Source: Chlorokybus atmophyticus
Taxonomy: Eukaryota; Plantae; Mesostigma and Chlorokybus algae
Assembly: GCA_009103225.1 (NCBI GenBank)
Contig: RHPI01002836.1
Coordinates: forward strand, 124,001 to 188,000
Direction of reading: 5' to 3'
Length of the DNA stretch: 64,000 nt
Positions 39,581 to 50,217 of this stretch are shown here, piece after piece. The notes beneath the pieces were generated by a model, which saw nothing but the letters and a program-made list of their open reading frames with translations, searched no databases and was not told the DNA's origin. The position numbers and the translations under genes were made by a program. Numbering within the stretch: position 1 is the first letter of the stretch; the number at the start of each line of letters is the position of its first letter.

Positions 39581-41023
39581 ATGGACGCGACGGGCAAGGG
39601 AGCGGCCTCGTTGATCAAGTTGGAGGGGTCTCCAGTGTTGTTCCCATCAGCAGCGGCGATGTCGTCCTCCTCCTCCGCCCCAGCAGCTGCTGCCGCCGCT
39701 GCCTCATCCTACCCCTACCCTCCTCCCTCTGCCTTGGTGGCGGCCAGGCAGCTCGCCTCAGACGAGTTCGACTACGCCCTTCTCACAAGCGTCTTCCCCA
39801 AGGCCTTCAACAGCAACAATGCCAACAACAATGCATCGATCAGTCCCATGCAGCAAGGGCCAATGCTTCCATCCAAGGAAGAGGTGTCCACACCCCTATC
39901 GGCGCTGGACTCAGGCATGCTGTTCAACGATCCCTTTCCCAACGTTGTGCCACCCAACGGTAAACACGCATTGAGCATTGGGCTGTGTTTGTTGTGTATG
40001 TCTCACCCTTGCATCAGTCCACATTGAGTGCGGGTGTCAAGTCAGGCAGCATGGTGACACACACAATGCATGCACTTTGACGTGAAAGCTTATGCAACAA
40101 TGCTACCTGTCTGTGTGCGCAAGTTTATTAGTATACATGTGTGATGTGCTTATGTATCTGTATCCCTGTTGTTGTTGTTGTGATGTTGATATTATTGTTG
40201 TGTTTGTGCAGATTTGATCAGGGAAGATTGTTGGACTGGTTTCCTCGCCAACATCTCAGACGACAATCCTGACTCAAGTCTGCCCTCCACTCCCGATTCC
40301 ATCATCGATTGCGGGGCGGCTCTGGAGTTCATTTGTCCTCCCAGCCCGCACCACCCATCTTCTGCAGCGAAGCCCACAGTCCCCACTGTGACAACCAACA
40401 ACAATACTCGCAACAACAACAACAAGCACAGCATCACGCATGAGGATGATGACCTCGAGCGCGTCAAACGCCGCCGTCGGTGAGTGACATATACTACGTG
40501 TACATGTAGTGTGTACGCGAGTCTGCGTTCTTGTGTAGGTGTGCATCTCTGTCACGTCGGCTTGTTGTTCTTTGCCCTGCACTATAAGGAAGGGACAGAG
40601 CATGTTGGTTTTGCAGTGCGCTGTCAAGTCAGTTTGTTGTGAATGGGTGGTTGTGTGACAACATGTTGTGTATGTCTGCACGTGACAGCGACAGTTGTCA
40701 ATTGTGGTATGCTTGTCCGTGTTGGAATGCTTGCCACCATGTCATTGACCTGTGGTTTGTCTGTTTGCAGTGAGTCTGCTCAGCGTGCGCGTGCTCGCAA
40801 GACGGCCTACATGCGTTCCCTTGAGCAAGAGAACATGCTCCTCCGCAACGAGAACCGCGGGTTGCGAGAGGCCATCACCAAATACGAGCCTCGACCCGAC
40901 ATCTCACTGCCACCGCCGACCAAACCCGCCGTACGCGCGAGTCCCAAACGCAACCCCAACACGGCGTCATCCTCGGCCGCAGCAACGACAACAACAACAA
41001 CTACCTCTCACCATCACTCGTAA
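39581..41023 (+). CDS. bZIP transcription factor, 3 exons, atypical basic region
   Basis: Basic region ERVKRRR/RESAQRARARKTAYM followed by a leucine heptad (L-EQENML-L-RNENRG-L). The intron 40480-40770 splits the basic region. Confidence 0.88.
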
Positions 41024-41157
41024 CGCGGTCCCAGTGTGCTGCACCCAGACCCACACTCCCCCCCCCCCCCATGTAAGTGTGCCTATGCATGTTTGTGCAT
41101 GCGTATGTGGGCACGCCAATGTTGCCAATGTTTTGTTACTCCCTCTGGCTCTTTGCA

Positions 41158-41196
<39 letters not shown>

Positions 41197-42518
41197 TAAC
41201 GCTGTCATTGTTGTAGCGCTAATGCATGTGTGATGTGACTGACAAGTTGGTTTGTGCAATGCAGATAGACTGCAAAAGGTAGGAGATTAGGCCTCTATTT
41301 ACCTGGCGTGTGCTGCTGCGAGCGTTGCAATATATGTTGGAGCGCGGGGGAGCATCGTCGTATACATACAAAACTGCCAGTATACGCTTATCAAGCATTA
41401 CCATCATTCTCATTTCCAATCCTCGCCTGACGCTCGAGCAGCATTACCCTCATGAAGAACTTCCATGCAAGACCACACGATACCCACCACCAGGCCAGAG
41501 AGAGTGTGAAAGTTGTGTACAGTTGTTGTTGCCGCCGGCTACCCATCCGACGCGCACGTGCTGTGGCGGGGAGGGACATGTGGGTCTGTCGACACGTGTC
41601 TATGGCGGATTTTATTTTTGCTGTTGTTGAAAAGACAGGTTGGGAAGGGGAGAGGGAGGAAAAAAAAATGGTGCTACTTTTTATGTTAATAACACCGCGG
41701 TGAAGTCCGTGTACTAAATGAAATTGTACTCGTGTGCAGCTGTAAGTGAGACTGTAGCATAACTTTGATGCAATTTAGTCGTAGCTGTAGTGGCCGTATG
41801 TGCCTGACTTAAGCAGATACAAATAACAGACACGATTATGTCGAGGGAGAGGGGTGGGGGGATTATAACGGAAAGCTGTCTAAGGTTGCCTGTTATCAGA
41901 TTGTTGTTTGGGGCAGAGCAGCAGATGCAGTCGCTATTGGCTGGCATGTTATACAAAGAAACATTGTTTGCCCTTGTCGCTGTATTGATGGTATGATAGT
42001 GTACACAGTTCGCAATGACGGATATGTACACATCATGTGAAACATGTTGCTTGTGCATCATGCATTGCATAGAACGTTTCACCATGGACTTCTATACCCT
42101 TTGCATGCAACCACAATTGTCACATGTGTAAGTGTAGTGTAAGTACTGCGCTGCAAGCATGGCTATGTAACTACATGTATGTTGCTATCAGCGCCAAGCA
42201 GAATATATACCTACTCAAATGCAACTTGCGGTTGATATCCGACACAAACCACATTGTACAGTTGATCTCCCAGTATTCTGAATTGCGACGTTGAGGTTCA
42301 GAACTGTACTGCCCTGGCAGACGAGTGAAGATGTATTCAGCCTGCATCCAAGTCCAAATGTTGCACAGCGCATAGAGACAACTCCGATTCTCCTGTGTCA
42401 ACGCTGACAACAGCATAATACACTTTGATACAGCTCAATCCCCTGCTATAATATCAGCAGCAGCAACAGCAACTCCACCACTAGTATATCCCTCCCTCAC
42501 CCCCAAACATCCTTCCTC

Positions 42519-44403
42519 TCAACTTGTTGCTTGGGCCTTTTGTGCCAGCTGGTCCGCCCTCCCGCCTTTCATGCGCTCAGCCGCAGCACCGCGCTCCCCT
42601 GATATATCAGGATGAATGAGTACAGGATCCATGATCACAAGCAGCTTGTTGGGGCATTGTATCACCCCAAGTGACAATACATGTGCTGTGTGCAATGCGG
42701 GCATAGAGACAACGTAGTGACAGGATTGGCAGGACGCACCTGTTCTGATGCGAATGACGTCTGCAATAGGCACAACTGCCAAGGAGAATATCAATTGTGA
42801 GTGACACAACTTCAGGACCAACAACAAATACGGCACAAGAAACCATGGCAACAGCTTGCATCATTCTGTGACATATCCGAGTAATCACTTACTGAAGATT
42901 TTGCCGTCACCGATTTCACCCGTGCGTGCCGTCTTTGCAATGACATCAACTACAAAGTCCACCTGTCCACAGGGAAATACACCTTTATGATTCACAACCA
43001 CATGATGCCATGTTCGCAGTTCATGCTTGCATGTTGATGACCTGCGCTGCCATACATAATAAGTATGCATAATATGCATACCTGGTCCTCTGCAACAACC
43101 ACCTCAATACGCACTTTGGACACCAGCTGCGCATCCGAAAACTCAGAACCTGCATATCAAATGTTAATGTCGCTCATAACACATACTATCTGCTTGCATC
43201 CCATTGCAAGAAGATTGCTTGCGTTGCGATATTCGCCATGATGTGTACAGTTTTTGTGCACATTGTAGGCAGATACATTGTGCAAATGAGTTGCTACTGT
43301 TCACATGGTAATTGTGGCGCAATGTTTGTAGTGCTGTATAGCCTTCATGCCATACCCGTGTCCATGAGAACTCTTCTTACATGCACAGTAACTGTCAGCA
43401 ATGCAATACACACACACCACGCTACTACCACAGCCAAAATGTGACCACGGTAACACCTTTATGACACGCACGCAAAGTGGCACATCAGTTCGAGTGTTTA
43501 TTATTGCCATGAGTGATGTTTGACTTCTTACCAGCATATCGCTCGCTGCGACCTATTTGAGAACCAAACCCCCGCACGTCTGTGACGGTGAGGCCGCGGA
43601 TGCCCACATTGATCAAAGCCGACGACACGTCCTGCAACCGCCAAGGCCTGCACAGCACACGTGCATGTGCATGAGTGCAGGTAGGTGCGAGTGCAGGTAT
43701 ACATTTTGTAATGAGCGCGTGCGTGTGTGCGTAGATGCGCGCATGCGACATGCATGCGCGTGGTTGCGCACGCGTGTGTGTGTTGTGCTTCATGACTGTG
43801 AAGACTGCAACATACTGGTTCAAGGCAGGCGTGAGAGCTGCATGCAAGTCTATCCTTGTTGTACATAGCTAAGCTCCTTCACTGAATGGGGCAAACTTGT
43901 GCGATAAAACCAACCTCTCCGAATGACCTCACCTTAATATGGCGTCAATCCTGTAGAACGGAGTTCCTGTCAATCGCAGAGACAATGATTTAACGATTAC
44001 GCATCATGACCGACAATCATAGTCAAGCAACTCACATGCAACAGCATCAGTTGATCCAGTTACGCGCATGTAATGTGCCATTGGCTTTGAGGTTACTACA
44101 CGAACCCGTTTTGTTACTGAAACTGGAAGGCGCAATGTTGTTGTTGTCAGCAACATCGCTGTTGTTGTTGTTGACGCCAGAAGCCTGAGCTCTGGGGGGT
44201 CCCTGTGCAGACAGCCTCTGTCGTCGCCGCCGCCTGCTTCTCAGGGAGGAGGACCTGGGAGGCAGCACCAGCAACGGCGGCGGCCCTGCGCTGCCTGAAA
44301 CGGACGCCTCTCGGCAGGAGTAGAGAGACGCCTGAGGCCTGCAGCTCCTCCTCACCACCGGCACTGAGACCCAGCTCGACAACCCCGTCGCCGCCGCCGC
44401 CAT
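42519..44403 (-). CDS. GLB1: Plastid nitrogen regulatory protein PII (GlnB) with transit peptide and Q-loop
   Basis: FYRIDAILR/PWRLQDVSSAL...GLTVTDVRGFG...ERYAG/SEF...KVRIEVVV...AKTARTGEIGDGKIF...VIRIRTG/ERGAAAERMKGG. The N-terminal exon MAAAATGLSSW... is Ser/Arg/Ala-rich. Confidence 0.96.
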
Positions 44404-44693
44404 CGCGGGCGAGCACACAACCGTTGCTGATCCCAATTGCGCTTTCAAATGCATGACACACAGAGTGTCATGCAATATTTTTACCTCCGGCGGTGGTCCA
44501 CCGCCACCGCCAAACATCATGTGATGCGAACGAAGTTGATAGTCCTGATTAGAGCCAGGTCTAGCATCTACGTCTCCTCTCCGTTTGGGTCAGATCTCAT
44601 CCTTTCAGCAACCGAAGAGGCAGCAATTCCAATGACAGGAGTCTCGTCAGGCGCGCAAACCTGCACATGTAGTACAACAGGTTAGTACAAGTG

Positions 44694-44803
44694 TACTGGT
44701 GTGCAGCGCGGCCCTTGTGCGCCAGTAAAAGTATACTGGTACTGGTCCAAGTAGGGGTCTGCTACTGGTCATACTGGTGCTACAACATGCTTCTGCTACT
44801 GGT
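44694..44803. promoter_or_regulatory. Cluster of six TACTGGT motifs in the divergent PII / ICMT-like intergenic region
   Basis: TACTGGT starts at 44694, 44734, 44740, 44763, 44772 and 44797, with one reverse CCAGTA near 44722. Regulatory function is inferred only. Confidence 0.4.
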
Positions 44804-44836
44804 AGCGTGCATGGGTCAATGTGGGAAAGCGTGCAA

Positions 44837-46719
44837 ATGGTAGTGTGCCAGGTGTCACCACCGCCGCCGCGGGCGGCGGCGGGATGGGCGCAGCAACGCT
44901 ACCAGCGAGACGCTGGCAGCGCCGCTGCTGTTGGCTTGACGGGCCGGCGTTTTTCAGGGAACTTGCCGCCGCCGCTGCTGCTCCGTCGCAGACAACATGA
45001 TGGATGTCCTAGGGCAGGAAGGAGAGGAGGTGGTGGAGGAGTAGGAGTAGGAGGTCGTCCGGGTTACCGCCATGGCCCAGAACTAGTTGAAGCATGCGGT
45101 AACCAGCTTGTGTATGAGAACGTTTGTGTGCGCGAGCACGTATGTCAACCAGCAAAGTGTCCATAGTCGCTTGGCTACTGTTCACTTACACCTGACTATC
45201 GCAAACATGCACACTTTGCAAATACAAATGCCAACACTTACACCCATTGGTGTGCTGAACCAATGCTGGATGCGACAAGATTTGGCTCATCTCATCCGGT
45301 GCATGCATGCACGTGCGTGCATGCGCATTCGCGTACGTGTGCGTGCAGTCATGCTCAATGTGTTTGTGCGGAAGGCACTCACAAGACCAGCGGCAGTCAC
45401 GAGGACTCTGCCATTTCATCTTCTTCTCCTTCGCCTTCTCTTTCTTCTTCTTCTTCTGCCATGGACTCTGCTGAGCAGCAAGCGCAAACTGCAACAGCGC
45501 CTCTACCAACGGCAACACCAACAAACACAACAACTCCGCCTCATGTCAAGGTAATGTGTAATGACGGATCGGCATGCAGAGTGAATACCATCCTGACCAT
45601 CTTGATCACCCTTCTTCACCTCACATGTGCTGGCACGAATATGCATGCGCGTGTATGCAGGTGGGCTTGGCGGTGCTACAAGTTGTCCAGCTGGCTGTGG
45701 TGCTCTTCCTCCTCATCCTCCTGCCTTGGCTCCTATTCAGAGGCCAGCCAGGTAAGCCCTTCACACTCTCCCCACTATCCACTTTGTACGTCATTGTGAA
45801 TGGTGTCTTGCATACATTGGTGGCATGGTCTCAGCACGCACGATGCTGCACTCGCAGCTTTTGTTTGGCTACGCATTGTATGAAGGACACCCACAACATG
45901 TGCTTGCACACACCCACATGCGTGGTACACATGTTGCCGCTCAGGCACTAATGCATGCTTGCACACATGAGCGCACCTGCACGCATGCACAACTACGAAC
46001 GCACACGTACGACCGTATGCATGCACACATGCACGCGCACGCTCGCACGCACAGTGCCACAGCATACTGCACCTTTTATGTGCTTGTCACGTCCAGTACA
46101 CAACATGTGCGCATGCGCATGTGCAGGTGGCGCAGCAGTGACTTCACTACGACCCATTTGCCTCTACATCTCCTACCTCATCTTCTTCACCGCTGGCACA
46201 CTCCTCCGCATCATCCGTCATGGCCAACTAGCCGACAGGAAAACAGACGCTCAACGCAAGTCACCCGGCGGCCGACTCCAACTACTGTCTTTCATCCTCG
46301 CCGTCCCAACTCTGCACTGGAAAGCCATGTGGGACTACTGTTTCATGAACCGTGTGCGTGGGGATGTGACAATCACGGGAGGCGTGTTGGTGTTGTGCGG
46401 GACGTGTGTGAATGCGTGGGCGGCGTGGCATTTGCGTGAAAATTATGACCGCGTGGTGAAGCCGGAGAGTTTAATTACGTCGGGTCCGTATGCCCTCGTG
46501 CGTCACCCGATATATCTGTCTTACATCATGTTGTTTGTTGGGTACGCGACCGTGTTGGGAAGCAACTTAGCTGCGTGCGGGCTCGCGATCGTGTGCGAGT
46601 TGTATTATGCACGGCGCATGCGGCTTGAAGAGGCCATCCTTGAAGAGGCTTTTGGCGAGGCGTATGGCGAGTATAAGAGACAAACACCTGGCCGCTTACT
46701 CCCTATGTCAGGGTTTTAG
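44837..46719 (+). CDS. ICMT/PEMT-family membrane methyltransferase with transit-peptide-like N-terminus
   Basis: Last exon has several hydrophobic segments and LITSGPYALVRHPIYLSYIM...RMRLEEAILEEAFGEAYGEYKRQTPGRLLP (the RHPxY and EE motifs of ICMT/PEMT). Upstream exons at ~45390-45550 and ~45661-45751. Start approximate. Confidence 0.82.
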
Positions 46720-47622
46720 CTGCTTGGTGACTAATATTTGGTTGGTTTACACATTTAGGCTACAGACCTCCTTGTGTGCATTGTGATACACAGTTTGTGC
46801 CTGAGGCAATGTTGCACTCACCTGCCTCAACAGACACGCCTTGCCTGCTATCCGCACCTGTAGTCGTGTTGTTGTAACAAGCACGTGGTGTTTCATTGAT
46901 TGTACGTTTGGCTTATAGTTGCTCTCGTTAATGACCTGGCTGCAGTCAGGTAGGTTGTCGTTCAGGTGCATCATGGGTTCACAAGGCAGTGCGTGTGGTG
47001 CTCGTAATACGCAATGATACTTTCCGCGATGACACCTACCACATTATACACAAGAAAAAGTTTGTGGTGACCCGACAAGTGTCGGGCTTCCTGCCTACTG
47101 AGTGGCGAGGTCAATGAGCGTAGTGTTCGCTTAATTGCATCCGAGCTGGGTCAGGATTGCCATTTGCTGCGTGAAGCCATCATCATCGAGGTACGTGTAC
47201 TTGTTGCAGAGCAGAGCAAGCACAGAGTACAGTGTTGTGCGCAGACAAGTCGGTGCCCTGAGGCAGTATAAGTGCACGGCACTTTGGGTCCCGCATTCCT
47301 GGAGTTGCTGTAGTTATGAGCACCAGCGGTGGCGGCAGGGTCAGGCGTATAGTTCGCTTGCGTTTTTTGGAGCTGCATCGCTTCTGGCTTGCTGGCTGTC
47401 GCAAGCGCATCGCTTGCAGTGTGCAGGCGGTTGCGCTGCTGTAGTGTGGGACAGCTGTCCTGGCTGGCAGCCCCTGCACCCGAAACACACCACGACTAGT
47501 ACCGACACGCGAATGGCAGATTTGTGTGGAGAGAGGGAGGGAGGGAGGGAGGGAGAGACTCCCCACAATCGCAAGCAACCAGGTGATAATACAGCAGCTT
47601 CCAGGTACTCACAGGATGACAA

Positions 47623-47977
47623 GTTGCATTTGGTGTGCAAATACAATTTCCATTAGAAGAGTTTGTTTCCCCCCCCCCCCCTCCCCTTTGTGTATGTTGG
47701 CATTTTAGCACCAATATGTAACTATCACTTCACAACAGCTTACAATAAACGAAAGAGCGTCTGCCCTGAGGCTTGTACAACAATGGGACACACTGCCTAT
47801 ACAAATGTACATAGGTGCAGTCATAGCGTGCGCATCATAGCACTATGTTTGATAGCCGAGCGTCTCCATGATGCGCATGCAAGCAGCATCTTGCGCAAGC
47901 ACTGCTAGTGCGCGTTTGGCTTCAGCTGAATCCCGGACTGCCATCGCTGTGAGAGACTTCATGGGAGCAAGGGATGA
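47623..47977 (-). pseudogene. Remnant paralog of the 3' end of the U-box/ARM gene
   Basis: Aligns by eye with ~57778-58144. Shared stretches include tctgccctgagg, tatacaaatgtacat, atagccgagcgtctccatga and tcttgcgcaagcactgc...agtgcgcgtttggcttcagct. Confidence 0.8.
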
Positions 47978-48434
47978 GAGAAGGCGTTAACCACACCGTA
48001 TCACATAGGCAGGAAAAGGGGGAAAAAGGGGGGGGGGGGGGAAAATAGAGCTTACCCTAACCTTCGAGACGCGGTAGCACGCGGGCATTTGCCCGTGGCT
48101 CGTCTCGAAGGGCGGGGTATGGCATACCACCCCCCACGAGCCGCTGGCAAGCAGTGCGCGTCTCGGTGCGGCAAGTGCCGCCCGCACTGCACTATGCTTT
48201 TTCGCATTGCCAGCGGCACTGCATATAAGCCTGCGGGCCCCTGCAAGTGCCGTAACGCGTGCATCAATTGTGACCGTTGATCGCGTAAGTACTGACCGCA
48301 CAAGAATCGGGGGACGGGGTATAAGTGCCCGTCCGCAGTGATTGCGGGCGCACCGCGGTGCGCGTCCCTCGTCTCGGTGCGCACAGCGCGCGGCAAAAGT
48401 GGCAACTCGAAATGCCTATACCGAGGCGAGGACC

Positions 48435-48507
48435 CGGGTAAATGCATGCAACACGTATGCTTGTATGTACGGGTAAATGCATGCAACACGTATGCTTGTA
48501 TGTACGG
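48435..48507. repeat. Perfect 35-bp tandem duplication
   Basis: cgggtaaatgcatgcaacacgtatgcttgtatgta at 48435-48469 and 48470-48504, followed by cgg. Confidence 0.95.
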
Positions 48508-49823
48508 CGTCACTCACGCCGCGTAACACGCTCAACACCAACTATGAGTGCAGCATGCCATTAACTGCATACTGCATATAGGAACCTTATGCTGCATAAG
48601 GTTATAGCGTTGTGAACTTATAAGCGCACTGAATTTCAGGTTCCGTGTACTTAACGGGTAACACAGTGTATTTTTGCGGTGTAACACCATCATTACGGTA
48701 ATTTATGTTACAGTCGACCATAAGATCAGTTTCCCCTGATTGTGACGACTTTTGCAGCAACAAAGCACTTGAATGTGGTCATGCAAGTGACAATTATGCC
48801 ATTATACAAGAGTTGTGAATATTCGAGGGGGTTATAACATACAAAGCATCACCATTCATTTATGCAGAGCGTGATGAATGTTGCAACGATGCTTGCATGC
48901 AACGATGCAATAATGTATTGTAATAACCCACCAACTCTATGCTGTTTTCTATGATGGCTGTTATGCATGGCAATGTGAAAGGTTATAAGCTCAATTAATG
49001 CATGAATCTTATATTGGAGTGTTTGTCATAATCATAGTTGTGAACCTTGTGAATTTTATGTACATATGCTGCTAAATTTGCAGCTTTTGTGAGGTTGCAG
49101 CGCAATTCCAATGTAACGATTTGTGCAACTAACAGCCCTCTTGACAGCCCCTTTTATAACTTCACTTCATATCAACCAAAAGTTGTTGATGTTGCTAATT
49201 CACATTGGTAACACCAAGTTGCACAGCGCTACTGCATAAGTTACGCAGTGAGAACATAAACGGTAAGTGCACAGCACTTTGTACCTTTATAAGGCACCTA
49301 CCTCGCGGCTGCATAGAGTCGCATTGCAGTGTACATCGCCGCCAAAGCAGCGCTAAACTAGAGTCTGCCAGACGGTCGACGATCACACAAATCATAAACC
49401 TCAACACCTCGTTGCTGTACCACAAATTCCTACTCGGGCATGTTACGGTTATCCTACGGCGGCGGCGGCGGGAAACACCTTGCCCTCTGGGAACTCCTCG
49501 CCCCCTCCCCTCTCCCCGCCTAGACACCTCTTACTTCCCCTCCACGTCCACCCCCTGCCCCTCACCATCGCTGGTGGCAGCGGCGGCGGGATTGTGCCAA
49601 CCGTTGTAGGCGGCAGCAAGTCGCTGGGCACGAGCCTACCTGGCTCGTGCCTGCTGCCCGCTCCTAAGCCCCTCACCATCAAGGTGAACTTGTGCATATT
49701 TCTCTACAATTGTTGTTGTTGTTGTTTAACATTTGTGATCACCTGGTCAACTTCTGCTTGTTGTGCTCACCTTGAGCACTACCACCTCACCCTCCCCACC
49801 CACACCTTCACTATGGCGGGGCG

Positions 49824-49947
49824 GGGTTTGCTTGCGCTGCGTGTGCAGCACTGCGCAGGGTGCTGAGCGCAACCGTCTTGATAACGCGCTGTGAGGCCTG
49901 AGAGTGTACATGTGCTCACCGTATTTGCTACGGCGTGCCCCAAGCCG
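49824..49947. repeat. ~125-bp diverged direct repeat, copy 1 (copy 2 at 54422-54547)
   Basis: gtttgcttgcgctgcgtgtgcagcactgcgcagg...taacgcgctgtgaggcctgagag...acggcgtgccccaagc matches the sequence just right of the Harbinger element. Confidence 0.85.
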
Positions 49948-50010
49948 TCTTCCCCTTCCACAACTTACTCTCTAACCCACCTCCACTCGCACACCTTCAC
50001 ACACCACTAA

Positions 50011-50047
50011 GGGTCGTTTCGCACCGGGAGTTAGCGACGTGGGTTAG
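50011..50047 (+). repeat. Harbinger left TIR
   Basis: gggtcgtttcgcaccgggagttagcgacgtgggttag. Confidence 0.93.
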
Positions 50048-50217
50048 GGCCGCCACGTCCGACTAACTCCAGAAGGGTCAGTAAGTCCGGTTTCGCACCG
50101 AGAGTTTGCGACCGGAGTTACGACAAGCCGGCTAAACTCTCGGGTTAGCCGCCCTGCCATTATAAACCCAGCGAAAATGATAGTTTAAGTAGGTTTAGCT
50201 AAGTGCCCGCCAAAATC

